Below are positions 13,045 to 26,700 of a stretch of 64,000 nt of DNA, piece after piece. The DNA comes from Eledone cirrhosa. Lineage: Eukaryota. Where the stretch lies: assembly GCA_964016885.1 (NCBI GenBank), contig OZ024740.1, positions 224,316,001 to 224,380,000 on the forward strand, in the 5' to 3' direction. A model generated the notes under the pieces. The model had not been told where the DNA came from, searched no databases, and saw nothing but the letters and a program-made list of their open reading frames with translations. The position numbers were made by a program, and so were the translations under genes. Each line of letters starts with the position of its first letter. Positions within the stretch are counted from its first letter, which is position 1.

Positions 13045-16000
13045 CATTTCTAACTACAGTAGGCAAGTTGATGCGCGGTTCGGCGTTATTCCAACACCTG
13101 CAAACACTGACGCTGACACTTTTGAAAGGGACGTACTGCTCGGTCTTCAAAACATGCTTCATGAGCACAACAGTTATATTCGCAGTTTCAAATACGCATT
13201 GGAAACAAATCCTTCACCAAACTTCACCATTGTCATCGATGCAGACAGAAGACCGTCTGGGGAGCACACACCCCGTTATAACGCTCCTTTGTGCAATGAA
13301 TGGCCGTAGTTATCCATGGTGAACAGCACAATAAGCGAGACATAGTTCTTCAATGTCATGACAGTGGTCTTCGACGTATTAATGAAACGTATCGTTCATA
13401 CGACGCCCTGCAGTATCCCCCTCTTTTTGCATACGGAGAAGACGGGTACCATTTCGGCATTCCTCCGCGCAAACCAAACGAGCTCACTGCTGCGACATCT
13501 AAAACTGTTTCGTGCATGGCTTTATACTCATACCGCTTCATGACGAGGCCTAACGATTTCAGCACCCTGCACAGGTCACATGAACTGTTTCACCAGTTTG
13601 CAGTTGACTTGGCTGCAAAGGTGGAGTCGGAGAGACTGTGCTTCATAAAATTGAATCAGAAGCAGCTGCGCTCAGACTCTTACATCCATTTGTGTGACGG
13701 CATCAGGAATGACACTGACCCCCGGAACATCGGCAAAATGTGCATTCTCCCCTCAACCTATACGGGGGGGGGGGGCGGTACATGCACGAGCGAACACAGG
13801 ACGCTATGACGTTTGCTTAGCATTATGGGATCCCCGATTTATTCATCACGTTTACGTGTAACCCCAAGTGGGTTGAGGTTACGCGGGAACTTATCCCAGG
13901 GCAGCAGTACTGCCATCGGCATGATATTATTGCCAGGGTTTTCAGGCAGAAGCTGGCTAAGCTAATTGATCTAATAAAAAAAGGGAAGGTTTTCGGGCCT
14001 GTTAGGTTCCACATGTATACTGTTGAGTGGCAGAAGAGAGGGTTGCCACACGCGCACATTTTGGTTTGGTTGATCACCAAAATAGACCCTACAGTTCTAG
14101 TTGACGTCACCGCAGCGGAAATACTGGACCCCGTTGTTGACCGGCAGCTGTACAACAATGTGAAGGCACACATGGTGCACGGTCCATGCGGTCCCGGTTT
14201 TCAAGAGTTCTCTTCATGCCACAAGGACCATGTGTGCACTAAACGATACCCCAAGAGGTTTGTTGAGGAGACCCAGACCGGCGGCGACGGATACCCACTG
14301 TACAGACGAAGGCGGCCTGAGAACGGCGGATTCACTATGACTTTACGGGGTCATCAAGTTGATAATAGGTGGGTGGTCCCTTACTGTCCATTTCTGATGA
14401 AAATTTCAACGCTCATATAAATGTGGAGTTCTGTCATTCAGTGCAGTCGATAAAGTACATATGTAAATATGTTAACAAGCGTTCCGATACTGCCATGTTC
14501 GACCTTCAAAACGACAATAGCATGGACGAGGTCTCGGAGTACTTGGCAGGTCGATATATCAGCAGTGGCGGATATTTGGGTTTCCACTTCACCAAAGGCA
14601 CCCCGCCATCATACAACTAGCGGTTCATTTGGAAAACAGCCAGCGGGCTTACTTTACTGAACACACTGCTGCTCATTTGGCGGCCAATCCAAAAGAAACA
14701 ACTTTGACTGTTTTTTTTACGCTTTGCCAACTTGACACATTTGCAAAATCACTTTCATATCCTCAGGTCCCGTCCTACTACCTGTGAGCAAACAACACTT
14801 GGGTGCGTAGGAAGTCAGGTCAAGATGTTGAAGGACATCCTGGTGTCAATTGTGACAGTTGTCTAGGAAGATTGTACACTGTACCTCCCAACCAGCATGA
14901 GTGTTTTCACCTGCGCCTTCTTCTCCATGAGGTTTTTGGCCCACAAAGCTTTCGAGACATAAGAACTGTTGACGGTGAATTATGTGATACTTTCCGGGAA
15001 GCCTGCTTTAGGCGTGGCCTTGTGGAGGATGATTCACAATGGGGCGCCACTATGGCAGAGGGCGTTTTGATGAAATCTCCTAAACGACTAAGATCGCTGT
15101 TCGCTATTCTACTCCTATGGTGCGACTTGGGTGATCCGGCCTCTTTATGGCTTAGCTACAAAGATTACATGTCTGAAGATTTCCTGCGTCACGCTCAATT
15201 GATAAACCCATCGATGGAGGTCGGGTACAGTGACCTCATTTACAACAGGGCGCTGCTTGAAATCGAAGATACTGTTCTCGATATGGGCGGTAGTGCGTTG
15301 GCTGTGTATGGCCTACCTTCAACAAACCGGGAAGGCGCAAACACTCTGTTTTCGGATTTGCTGCGTGAGACATCTTATAATCTTGACGAGCTTGCCCAGT
15401 ACATAGCGGAGAATGAACCAAAGCTCCTTCCAGAACAGAAATTCGCTTACAACTCCGTTGTTAATTCTTTCCGGGGCAAAGCTGGGGGGATTTTTTTTCC
15501 TGGACGCTCCTGGGGGGACTGAGAAAACTTTTGTCACCAAATTAATATTACCTGAGATTAGGCGAACAGAAGGCATTGCCTTAGCTGTGGCATCATCTGG
15601 AATTGCGACTACTTTGTTGTCGGGCGGCAGGACAGCTCACTCCTATTTCAAGCTCCCGCTTGACTTAGCGAAGACTGAGACACCCACATGCAACATCAGT
15701 AAGAGCCCCGATAAGGCAGAAGTGTTCAGACGATGCAAGCTTATCGTTTGGGACGAATGCACGATGGCCCACAGAGGTGCTCTTGAGGCGCTAGATAGGA
15801 CTCTGAGAGACATCAAAGACTCTACGGCTCCAATGGGAGGCATAACACTTCTTCTTTTAGGGGACCTGAGGCAAACGCTTCCCGTTATTCCCAAGGGCAC
15901 TAGATCTGATGCAGTACATGCGTGTCTTAAGTCGTCCGCATTGTGGCCTCTGGTGAAGACTCTGAAACTTCACACTAACATGCGTGCTCATATGCGAGGT

Positions 16001-16789
16001 GATATCACATCAGCAGCATTTTCTCACACCCTCCTTGCACTTGGCGAAGGCAAAACGCCCGGTGATGAAAAGGGTAATATTGCCATCGACTCACTTTGTA
16101 CCGTTGTTAGTACGCCTTCTGATCTCAGGGATGCAGTGTTCCCAGATCTCCAAGCAAATTATCAGAATATGGATTGGCTTGCCCAAAGGGCTATTCTGGC
16201 CCCGAGGAATAAAACTGTTAACCATATTAATGATCAAATGCTAAAACTCATTCCAGGGCATGGCTACGTATATAAGTCTATCGATAGAACTCCTGACTCC
16301 GAGGACGTCATCAACTATCCAATAGAGGTACTAAATTCCTTTGAGCCCCCCGGATTATCCCCCACACATTTTGAAACTTAAAGTTGGTGCCGCTATAATG
16401 CTCATTCGAAATTTGGTTCCGCCGAAACAATGCAATGGCACACGTTTGGTCGTTAAGTCTTTAGCTCCCAATCTGATTGAGGCCACGATAATCACAGGGT
16501 GCGGTCGGGGCAAGGTTGTGCTCATACCGAGGATGCATCTTTTCCCATCAGGAGCAGACCTACATTTCACATTCGGAGGTCCCAGTTCCCGGTCAGGCCA
16601 TGTTTCGCAATGTCAATTAACAAAGTGCAGGGACAAACACTGTCTGTCGTGGGAATACATTTGGGGGAGCCGTGTTTCTCTCATGGTCAGCTTTACGTTG
16701 GCTGCTCGCGTGTCGGCAGCAAGAGTGATGATTTTGCGTCCGTTCCGCAAGGAAAAACAAAAAACATTGTGTACGAGGAAGTTTTATAG
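13045..16789 (+). pseudogene. Helitron Rep/Pif1-helicase (RepHel), 5'-truncated, with multiple frameshifts
   Basis: YDALQYP..F..GEDG; HUH motif VEWQKRGLPHAHIL; HGPCG; DNRWVVPY; HINVEFC; KYICKYVNK; Walker A-like DAPGGTEKT; IVWDE; GDLRQTLPV; CNGTRL; QFPVRPCFAMSINKVQGQTL; FSHGQLYVGCSRV. Confidence 0.95.
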
Positions 16790-17435
16790 GATTACCTCGA
16801 TTCCTAATTTTATAACTTTTTTATTTTTTTATTTTTTGCCTTTTCGTGAGTACTTTCTAAGTAGGTTACAACTCCGACCCTACTCAAATATCAGCTGTTT
16901 CTCCTCACCAACCTCCGTTTGGTGGGCTTTGGAGGACTGTGGACAGGTTAGTATTTCACCTCCGCACGACTCTCAAAGGGTCAACAATGCTTTAATGACG
17001 GGATTTACATTTTTAGGTGGTTCCCTGCAATTACTTCACACTTCACCAACACCTGGCCTCCGCTCAACTCTATTTCCCTCCCTCCGTCGACACAGCAGCA
17101 GGCTCATCTTCTACGTCCGACGTACATGATGCACCAACCATACAATGACTCCTCTTCCTCTTTTTTGGTTGTCATAATTCGACAATGTTTTCAGGCCCCT
17201 GTTTGCGGTTCCCTTAATCCACCCCCTCACCCGTTATAACATGTAATGCAGAACAACTCCATCGCAGCTCTGTTGTTCGGCTGGCATCGTCTATGCGCGT
17301 GTTGCGCAAGAACTGTGAAACAATAAATTTGAACACTTCTTTGCACAGAGATAATATCAATAGGCGAAACTACAATTGTCACTGCTGGCGCAGCTCCTGC
17401 TTCGGCAGTGCAGGTTTGCAATTCATTCAACTAGT
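13045..17435 (+). mobile_element. Helitron element (candidate 3' end: hairpin ctgc-ttcg-gcag 17397-17408, then CTAG|T 17431-17435)
   Basis: Higher-GC, CpG-containing block continues past the RepHel stop to ~17460. The terminus assignment is tentative. Confidence 0.6.
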
Positions 17436-17470
17436 GCCTGGCAGACAAAAAAGTGCTGCCATATATATAT

Positions 17471-17499
17471 ACTAGCATTAAAGCCCGGCGTTGCTCGGG
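17471..17499 (-). mobile_element. Helitron-type 3' terminus on the minus strand
   Basis: Minus strand reads cccgagcaacgccggg-ctttaatg-CTAG|t: GC-rich hairpin followed by CTAG and T. Confidence 0.7.
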
Positions 17500-17537
17500 G
17501 TCAGTAAGTTACCAAAGTTAGATTGCACCACCCATTT

Positions 17538-17855
17538 CATGGCTTATTGGTTAGAGCATTGGCCTTGCAATCGAAAGGTTGTGAGTTCAATTCTCAGACT
17601 GGGTGATGTGTTGTTTCCTTGAGCAAGACACTTTATTTCACATTGCTCCAGTTTATTCAGCTGTAGAATTTCCACTGTAAAATGGTCGTGTAGGTGCCAC
17701 GGCAAAAAAAAGCACCCACCAGTCATTGTGAAGTGGACGTGTAGGCGCCACGGAAAGAAGCACCCAGCACTCACTGTAAATGAGGTTATTGTTAGGAAGG
17801 GCATCCAGCTGTAGAAATCAAGCCAGAATCAGTTCCCGTCCCACCTTTGCAAGCA
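17538..17855 (+). mobile_element. tRNA-derived SINE (family T, RTE-like tail)
   Basis: A box tggcttattgg, B box gagttcaattct, body shared with the copies at 23422 and 27905. Confidence 0.9.
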
Positions 17856-19164
17856 CACATACATATAAAAGACATCCAGTTATAAAACATTGTCTCAAAA
17901 GATCCTGTCCAACACATGCCAGCATGGAAAAGTGGAAGTACAATCGATTATGATGATATATAATGAATGTGTGTATGTATCTATATGTGTGTGCATATAT
18001 CTATTAATATGTTTACTAGTCCAAACCAGTGTGTAATGGTGAACTCTTATATGTGAAAATAAATACTATAGACACTTGATAAATAGAAATTGATAAATGA
18101 AATACTAAACTGAAATAAGTACTAGCTTTGGTATGATTTACTAAAACCCCCGTAAAGAATCTTCCAGCAAAGCTATAATCCAATTGCTGAAACCAGCATT
18201 TTGCAAGGTTTTTGATATGAAATTGTGTGTTGAAACAAATATTATTTGATTTGGTCATATTGTTATAATGTTGCCAGAAATAGTAATAGAGCACACTCAC
18301 TGTTTCGTTTGGTTGGTTTTCGCTACTGTATCTTTTATATCTCCATAGTTAATTGATACAAAGAATTAGCAAAATCTCATAGAGATTTAGTTGTATTCTC
18401 AAATAGAAATGATATTTTTTTAAATATGATATTACAATATATTTCTCAACCAAACTATTTTTCTATTAAGTTTAGTTCTTCTGCATGTAATAGTAATACA
18501 TACGTGACCTAACTGGCAAGTCTTCTAAACTCACATGCATTTCATTCTCATAACTACAGTGACTTTCAGTTTCTTCAAACAGGTGTTATTTCATTTAATT
18601 TTACATTAGCACTGGCAGTTATATATGGATAGAAATTGCTCCCTTGTGACATTTATTCCAGAGAATCTATTCAAAATGTCTTAATTTCCTCATAGATTTC
18701 AAATGTTCTTGTGTTATTGTCATGACTTATTTAATAACATTCTAGATTACTGCCTTCCATTTTTCCAAAGCAATTTTCTAGCCATATCAGTGGGGTATCT
18801 GATTGCATGTTCTGTTTCTTTCTTGGTTTCAGAATATGTGTCTTCTAAGCAAAACTGAATATTTAGACAGAGAGTAATATTGTTGTTGTTTATCCCCAGG
18901 TCAATCCTGATAAAGTAGATCTGTGGTGAATGGCATTCAAAATATGGCAAACGCGTCTTTTTTAGGGGTACCTAGGAATATATTTATATGACATATTCTT
19001 TCTTTATTTAAGACACTAAAGTGTAATTTGAAAGAATTTGTATGCTGTTTCTAGCAGGTCAAACGACCCCATAAATATTACTTTGTTCTCTCATGGAAGA
19101 AAGTTTTAATGATGGTGGAAACGGTTATTACTGTTATTATTATTAATATTATTTTATTATTAGG

Positions 19165-19610
19165 GTGGTGGACTGGCAGTATCAATAGAATGCTGAATGA
19201 AATGCTTTGTGGTATTCAATTACAAATTTCTGTTCTGAGTTCATATCCTGTTCTGATAAACTCTGCTTTTTATCCTTCCTGTGTAGATAAAATAAAGGGC
19301 CATTCAAATACTGGAGTTAATATAATCGACTTCCCCACTCCACAAATTGCTGGCCTTGTGCCAAGATTAGAAACCATAAGAGCAGTGGGTGGCAGTATCA
19401 GTAGAGTGCTAGAATATGTGCTTTGAGGTATATAGTTATAGCCCTTTACATTCTGAATTCAAATTTTGCTGAGGTAAGCTTTGTCTTTCATCTGTATTGC
19501 GTTGGTAACATAAAGTACCAACAATGCACTGTAATCGATTTAATCGACTTTCCCCTTCTCTTTAAATTGCTGGCCAGGTGCCAAATGTTGAAACAATTAC
19601 TATTATTATT
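19165..19610 (+). mobile_element. Two adjacent degenerate family-M SINE copies (other decayed copies at ~930-1170, 20325-20550, 49370-49500 and 57560-57680)
   Basis: ggtggtggactggcagtatc...ctgagttcatatcc...ttttatccttcc...gataaaataaag...gctggccttgtgccaagattagaaac. Confidence 0.7.
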
Positions 19611-21149
19611 TAGTTTGCTTATATAGCAAGCCAGCATTCTGTTTATTATGAGATCATGTTTTAGTTTGAACTGTTTGCTGTGTAGAGTTTTATTAATTAG
19701 TCAGAAGAGTAGCATCAACCTTAGCTTCATAAACATTTCTAGACTGTTGATATTGATGCAATTCATGTTTCCTTTTGAACTTATGTAGACCAACACCAAA
19801 AGGAAAATTTGGGTGTGGTGGGTGAGTTTCAGTATGTTGCTGGTTTGAGGTGATATGTTTGAGAAATCCGTTTATTGCAATGGGGTTGAATAAAAGTGAT
19901 GAGCAGAGAAGGGATGAGTATATCAGGTATATATAATGCACTGCTTGTGACATTTTGGTGAGTGAGTCTTCATTAGCCCTTTTGTTATCATATACCTAAC
20001 GAAAGAAAATGTCTATGATTTTCAAAGAATTCAGAGGTGCTTTGTTGTATAACTTAACTTTCCCATTATTAAGTTGGTGTATTATTCATTGGGTATTCTA
20101 TTAGAAGGGGCGAGCAAGATCTGATTCAGAAATACTGTCTGTACATGGACAAAGAAGCTGAAGCAGACAGAAGCCCAGCTAAGCATATTGCTTGTCTCTT
20201 TAGGATATTTATATCCTTGAAGAGAATAAAATATGAAAAGCTGACACAGACTGAGTGGAATGGTTATCTGTTACCAAGGCTGCCTCCACACCAGGATGAA
20301 ACAACCGGCTTGGAAGAGGAATAAGGCAGTGGATTGGTAGAATCATTAGAGCAGAGTCTCAGACAAATGTTTAGCAGTCTTTATTATGGATCTTTACATT
20401 CAAATCCTACCAAGGTTATCTTTTCCTTTCATCCTTCTGACATCAATAAAACAAAGTACCAGTCAAGAAATCAGCAGGATTTGAACTCAGAGGACAGAGA
20501 ATCAGAATGAATAACCAATGATCTAATGACTCTGCCAAATCTACCACTGTAAGAAGAGATTAGCTCTAATTCACATTTATTTAAATCTTCATAGTAAGGC
20601 TTATGGACTGTAGTTTTACATGCATTAAAGACATTTTAGAAAATATATAGTCAATTTTCTTTGTATGTTGTATCTCATTATGTAAAAATGCAGCTCAGCA
20701 TCCTACCAGTATACCAGTTATTTCATGATATCAAATTTAAGGTGTTTGAGGATTATGATCATATTCTCTCTGGGTCAATTAAAACTTACACCATATTTAT
20801 AATAAAGATAAACATTTGTAATACACAAATACTAAAAACACAGATAAGTGAAGGCAATATAATTATCTGAATGTTATTTGTGCATGAACAGGTGTTTTTC
20901 TGATTACATTTTATGTATCATATTCAACTGGATCCTAATGGGCTTTGGATTATATAAGAATCCAGAATAAGTTTAATTAAGCTGAAAAACCATTAAAATA
21001 TCTGAGGTGTTGGTTTCTGTATGCAAAAGAAACAGTGCCACTAATATTGAATCTTTAAGTTTTTTAATGATTTCATTCAAGGAAATGGGGCAGTGTTTAT
21101 AACATTTATAGACCTAAGAATATTGAAGTTAATGCTTTTAATTCATAGA

Positions 21150-21338
21150 CCCAGTATATTTGTCCCAGCAAGGTTTGATAATATCCCACCATCCTGGTAG
21201 GCCCAGTATATTTGTCCCAGCAATGTTTGATAATATCCCACCATCCTGGTAGGCCCTCTATATTTGTCTCAGCAAGGTTTAATAATATCCCACCATCCTG
21301 TTAGGCCCAGTGCGGTTTGATAATATCCCACCATCCCA
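21150..21338. repeat. 52-bp minisatellite, 3 full copies plus 1 partial
   Basis: Unit cccagtatatttgtcccagcaaggtttgataatatcccaccatcctggtagg starts at 21150, 21202, 21254 and 21306. Confidence 0.95.
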
Positions 21339-23421
21339 GTTTTCCATTCTATCACTATTGTCATTTACACCTATTTCTCCATGAATTAGTGATTGTTTTA
21401 CTGCATTGCTTTAGCCTGCATTTCCTGATATAATTTTACCATGATTTATATTAATATAAATCATATATTCATTATATCATGTGGGGTTTAAATAAATTCC
21501 ACTTTTTCAGTGATTTTTGTCCAGATCCTCATAGTTGGGTAATACAAATCTGACAAGAGGTCAGAGTTCAAATGATTCATGTGATATATATTCAGACAGT
21601 ATATCTAGGACAACTTATTCAATAAGATCTCATATGACGGAAATGTATGTGCTTTATTCAGCAGTTTGAGTTACCATTTAGAAACACTTATTGGCTCTTA
21701 TAGGAACACTACTCTTGGAGTCTTTCCTTTGTGCCTGCAGGGAAACTAGGCACACATAAGCTACAGAGAAATTGTATCGAATAGATGGATTAGATCTTAG
21801 AAAGCTATGATTTATAGATGAAAGAATTTAATAGAGGCAACTTTAAGAAAGACTAATGTACAAGAGTCTCTATTTAATAGAGTTACAAAAATGAAAACAT
21901 TAAAATGAGTTATGATAATGGTGGCTTGAATTGTGAATAGGAATTATAAGTTTGGTGTAATTTATCAGGGCATTTTAACATAACTTCCTTCTGAAGTCAA
22001 TTATTTAAATAATATAAATAAGAATAAAACCAACAGTTAATCATGGGCTAATTATGAGAGGATGTTTCTCGAAAAATGTCTTTGTGTTAGCTGTGTATAT
22101 CAATTTGAAATTTATTCCAAGTTCTCAGTTAGTCAATCTCTTAGGTTTACAATAATAGCATGATTGCTTTTCAAATGCAAAAAAAATATTGATTATTAAT
22201 AAAAGAGTTAAGAAAATAAATCTATTTATAAACTGAAATTCGGTTGTGTGAATTCATTTTTCTTTATTCCTTTAATGTAATCTGTTTTCTTTTGCCAGTT
22301 TTCTTCTATTATCTTTTCATAAATTATATGTGCATTCATAACTATGTTCCTCAATAAAAAAGGTAGCCATCTTAGATTTTTTAAACCCCTCAAATAGAAA
22401 TAAAATTAGAGTAAAAAATAAAAATAACTAATGAAATTCTATTATTCATTGATTCTCAGTAATTCTTTTTTTCTTTACAATTTATTGAATAACAGTTTTT
22501 CTACAATAATCTACATAAGTAGATGAGAACAATTACTTGAATTTTGAATTTCCTGAAAATGCTTGAGAAATGTAATTTCCCCCTAAAATTGGATTCTCTA
22601 ATATATATTATCATGATTATTGTTATCATCATCAGCAGTCTTGTTGTAAATAATACTATTATATTTATTGTTGATGTTGTTTTTAGTATTATTACTGATT
22701 ATATTATTATTAATGCTCTTGTAAGTTGCAATACCACAGCAACTATCTTTTTAATTTTCAATAACCTCTGGCAATTTAAAAAAACCTTAGTTAAATAACT
22801 AACTATATTTCACAGCCATTGCAAATTAATATTATATAAAATATTTGAGGATTTTTCTTTTTTCGCTTTTGGAATTACTGATGGTAGTGAAATTGAAGGA
22901 AAAATTGGTATATTATAATAAAATTTATTATAATTATTAAAGAACTGTCAAGTTTCTGTAATTATTTAAGGTATTTTTTAAAAATTAGTTTCATTTTGTT
23001 TCTTTTTGACCAAATACAATAGTAGTTACACTATTGAAGATAAATTGAAATTTTATTATTGTTTTTTTTTTCCCTCAGCCAAAGCAATTTACAAACCAGT
23101 CTTAACCAAATTACTTTTGTGGGTTATTTTACCTCCTATAATTATAATATTAACGTGAAAGTTTCAATTTTAGACATTTTGTAACCAATTGGAATATATA
23201 GAACAATTTAAAAAGGAAGATTAAAACTAGAATAAAATTGTTTATTTGATAAGAAATCTCACCATGCATTCTTTTAAATTCTACTACCATTTTCTGTAGA
23301 GCATATTTTTATTGAGTTTAGTTCATTTATAAAATATTTTATTCATTGTTGTACTTGTTCTTGATATGGTTATCAAAGAAGTTTGATGGAAACGAAATTA
23401 AATTGATATATTTATATATAT

Positions 23422-23769
23422 GGAGGCACATGGCTTAGTGGTTAGAGCATTGGGCTTGCAATCGAAAGGTTGTGAGTTCAATTCTCAGACCGAGTGATGT
23501 GTTGTTTCCTTGAGCAAGACACTTTATTTCACGTTGCTCCAGTTTACTCAGCTGTAGAAATGAGATGATAGGGACTGGGGTCCCTATCATTCCACTGCAA
23601 AGTGGTCGTGGAGGTGCCGCGGCAAAAAAGCACCCAGCACTCACTGTAAATGAGGTTGGTGTTAGGAAGGGCATCCAGCTGTAGAAATCAAGCCAGAATC
23701 AATTCCTGTCCCACCCATGCAAGCAGGGAAAAGCGGGCGTAAAATAATGATGATGATGATGATGATGAT
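23422..23769 (+). mobile_element. tRNA-derived SINE (family T), full length with (ATG)n tail
   Basis: ggaggcacatggcttagtggttagagc...gagttcaattct...ccttgagcaagacactt...gcaagcagggaaaagcgggcgtaaaat(gat)n. Confidence 0.93.
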
Positions 23770-26700
23770 ATTCAAACCCCCAAAATAAAAGATTTTTGAA
23801 TAATTTTCCTTCAATATCTTGTAATTTATTTTTAGATGGGGATAACATTTTGATATCTGGATTTTGAAAAGATGGATAAATATTTGAGAGAATTTTAAGA
23901 TTTGGAATCTCAAATTTTATTAAACATGATAAAATGCACTCAGAACACTGTGTGTCGTGGTCGACGAATGGACCAAGACATTGTCGGGTAAAGAAGATAC
24001 TTTGGGTCTGTAGAGAATTTGGTAGACTCTCTAGTCGTGGTGCCATGATAAATGCACTCGGTGTAATCGGTAAAGTGGTTTGCAATTGAACCAAGATAAT
24101 TTAATGTAGAGAAGATCTTTTGGTCCTATCGAAAATTCAATAACCTATTTAGTGATAGTACCATGTTAAAATACACCCAGTACACAAGGTAAGTTGATTG
24201 GCATTAGAAAGTAATCCAGCCATGCCAAAATATGGAATGTATGAACAAGAACTGCTAGAAATAGCTTCCAAATCACCTCAAACTACACCCTACTGCCTTA
24301 AACAAGGAAAGAACATGTTGGATAAAATAGTTCTACACACTACTAAGAAGACAAAATGTTCACAGTTGAAATGCTTTTGAATATAATTGTTATAGAGAAA
24401 TATACCAAGCAGTTTTTATTTACCCTTTCACCATTGATCACTTGCCATGTGTGATATCCTACCTTAGGCATCCACTTGAAAATCTTTGAAAAAAACTAAT
24501 ATTTATGAATTAAATCTGAAAAGATATTACCGTATGAACTTGACAACATTCATAGCAAACCTTTCTCAAGAACTCAAGCTAAGCTAATGATGTAAAATGA
24601 TTGCTGATGTGTGCAAAAAGAAGTGTAAATAACATTAGTAAACGTAAATGTGTGAGATGTAGTAAAAAATTGTTGATACTTGACTATTGAGTAGGATGGT
24701 TTGTTCAAAGCATTGAGAAAAAACCCAGATTGACAGATTTCATACCAATCTGCCTGAAAACACCCATATGAAGTATTTAATTCTAATGAGTTCATATGAA
24801 TGTTCAAAATTTTAATTAAAAGCCTTTGTTTAAAATATGCTCTTAACATCATATAATGAAACATTCAGTTATTTGACTAAATGCTTCCAAATGTTAACTT
24901 AATTTAAAAATTAATTGTAACACATTCAGAATATGGTAAGAAAAGCATTAAACATGCTAACAGGACACATGACAGTCTTTGTGACTCTACATAAACATTT
25001 ACAATATTGTTGTTTTAATTTTCTTCTTCGCTATAAGTAGGTATCACTATGAATTTTTTTTTATATTTAAATCTATGTTCTACTCTATTTTGTCCAGGAA
25101 AGCGTTCAAAATAAAACATTTTTATACCTCATCTGTGAAACTTGGATGAATATTTTAGGAAATATGACAAATTGTGTGGTCATCAAATTGGTCGAAATCT
25201 TGTCGAAGTATAAGATCTCATAAAGTTACTACTTAGCTCCAGTTTCAATATAATTACATATCTCCCCTTGATAGAAAACCAGTTTATTACAGTAAAATTC
25301 TCAAAATATTTGGTAAAATCTCCGGACCAAAAGATGAAATGAAACATAGAATTCATGGTCCTTTTTATGACCACCAAAGAACTGTTGCTGCATATACTAA
25401 ATATGTTAATGTATTTATTAAACTCACAAGGGGATACTCTAACATATCATCTACTCAACCATCAGTCCATATCATTTATCAAAAAAATATTCTTACAGTC
25501 TTATGAAACATCCTGACTAAGAACTTACTTTTCAATCAGGTTACAAGCCTGGGTATAGATGCAGGCATGGTTATGTGGATAGAAATTCTGATTTGCAAAT
25601 AGTGTATGACACTTTTAGTTTTGGACTGACCAAGGAATTTGGTTGACAGAAACTGTAAAGAGAGCTGTCCTGTCAATGTCGTTGTTATTGTCGTTGTCGT
25701 CAACATCCTCAAAACTATGACCCACCACCACCACCTCCAGCGCAACCATCAGCATCAGCATCATCATAACCATTCCTCATCATCATCATAATCATTTATC
25801 ATCATCATCATCAACAACAATCGATTTCCATGCTGTACATATTTATATATGTGTGTACCTATGTATTTGATTGTTTCTTTTCTTCTCTTTGACATGACAA
25901 GAGCATGCTGTGATATTGTTTATGTTCATTGTAAACAGAGGTCCTGTTGCTTAGTGTTTAGGCATAAAAAACTGTTTATTCAACAGGTCTAGTCTGCCAT
26001 AGAATTCTACCTGAAAACGTTTCATACAACACAACACAGTAAATAAAGCATATATCTGTTGATGTTGGTTAAACCAAAATAGTAAATATGCTTTATTATT
26101 AAAAGGGTTGATACTAGAAGGGCATCTGTCCATCAAACTTTCCTAAAAAAACCAGGATTATTATGAAGTGTGCCATGAGCCTGCAAATCTAACCCATGTT
26201 TTACCATGGAAATTGGCCTTAAACTGCTTGTTGTTGTTGTATATTGTTGTAGGAATTGGAATGGTAACAAAAGCTATATTCGTTCCTATAACCCATGGAT
26301 TGATGGTAGTGCAGCAACTTAACAAGACACAAGAAATGAAAAGTTTATGCAAATTTTATGCAATGTTTGCTTTAAGGATAAATAATATGTCAGCAGTTAC
26401 TTTGCCATCATCGTAGTAGTAAAACAGGCACATTTGTCATTTGCCTTCATACGGAGAAACATAAGCCTGTTAAGTTATTGCAGTATTAATTTATTTACCT
26501 TAGCATTATTGTCAAGATGTTTCTCTCCTATTTTATACATTTAATTTATTTTCGTATAAATTGATCGACAGAGATTTGTCATGTTGCCAAAGTCTCATGC
26601 ATTTATTAGACCATGTCTGGTTCAATAATATCGTCTCAGTTCAGATAAGCTATGTAGTCCTTTTCCGTTAATGCAGATGGTATCAGAAATGTTCCATATG

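Noticed and set aside
21150-21338. CRISPR-like array
   Set aside because: Contiguous 52-bp units without unique spacers, no cas genes, eukaryotic context. It is a minisatellite.
23422-23495. tRNA gene (also at 17538 and 27905)
   Set aside because: A and B boxes are present, but there is no proper acceptor stem and the sequence runs into a repeated SINE body and tail.
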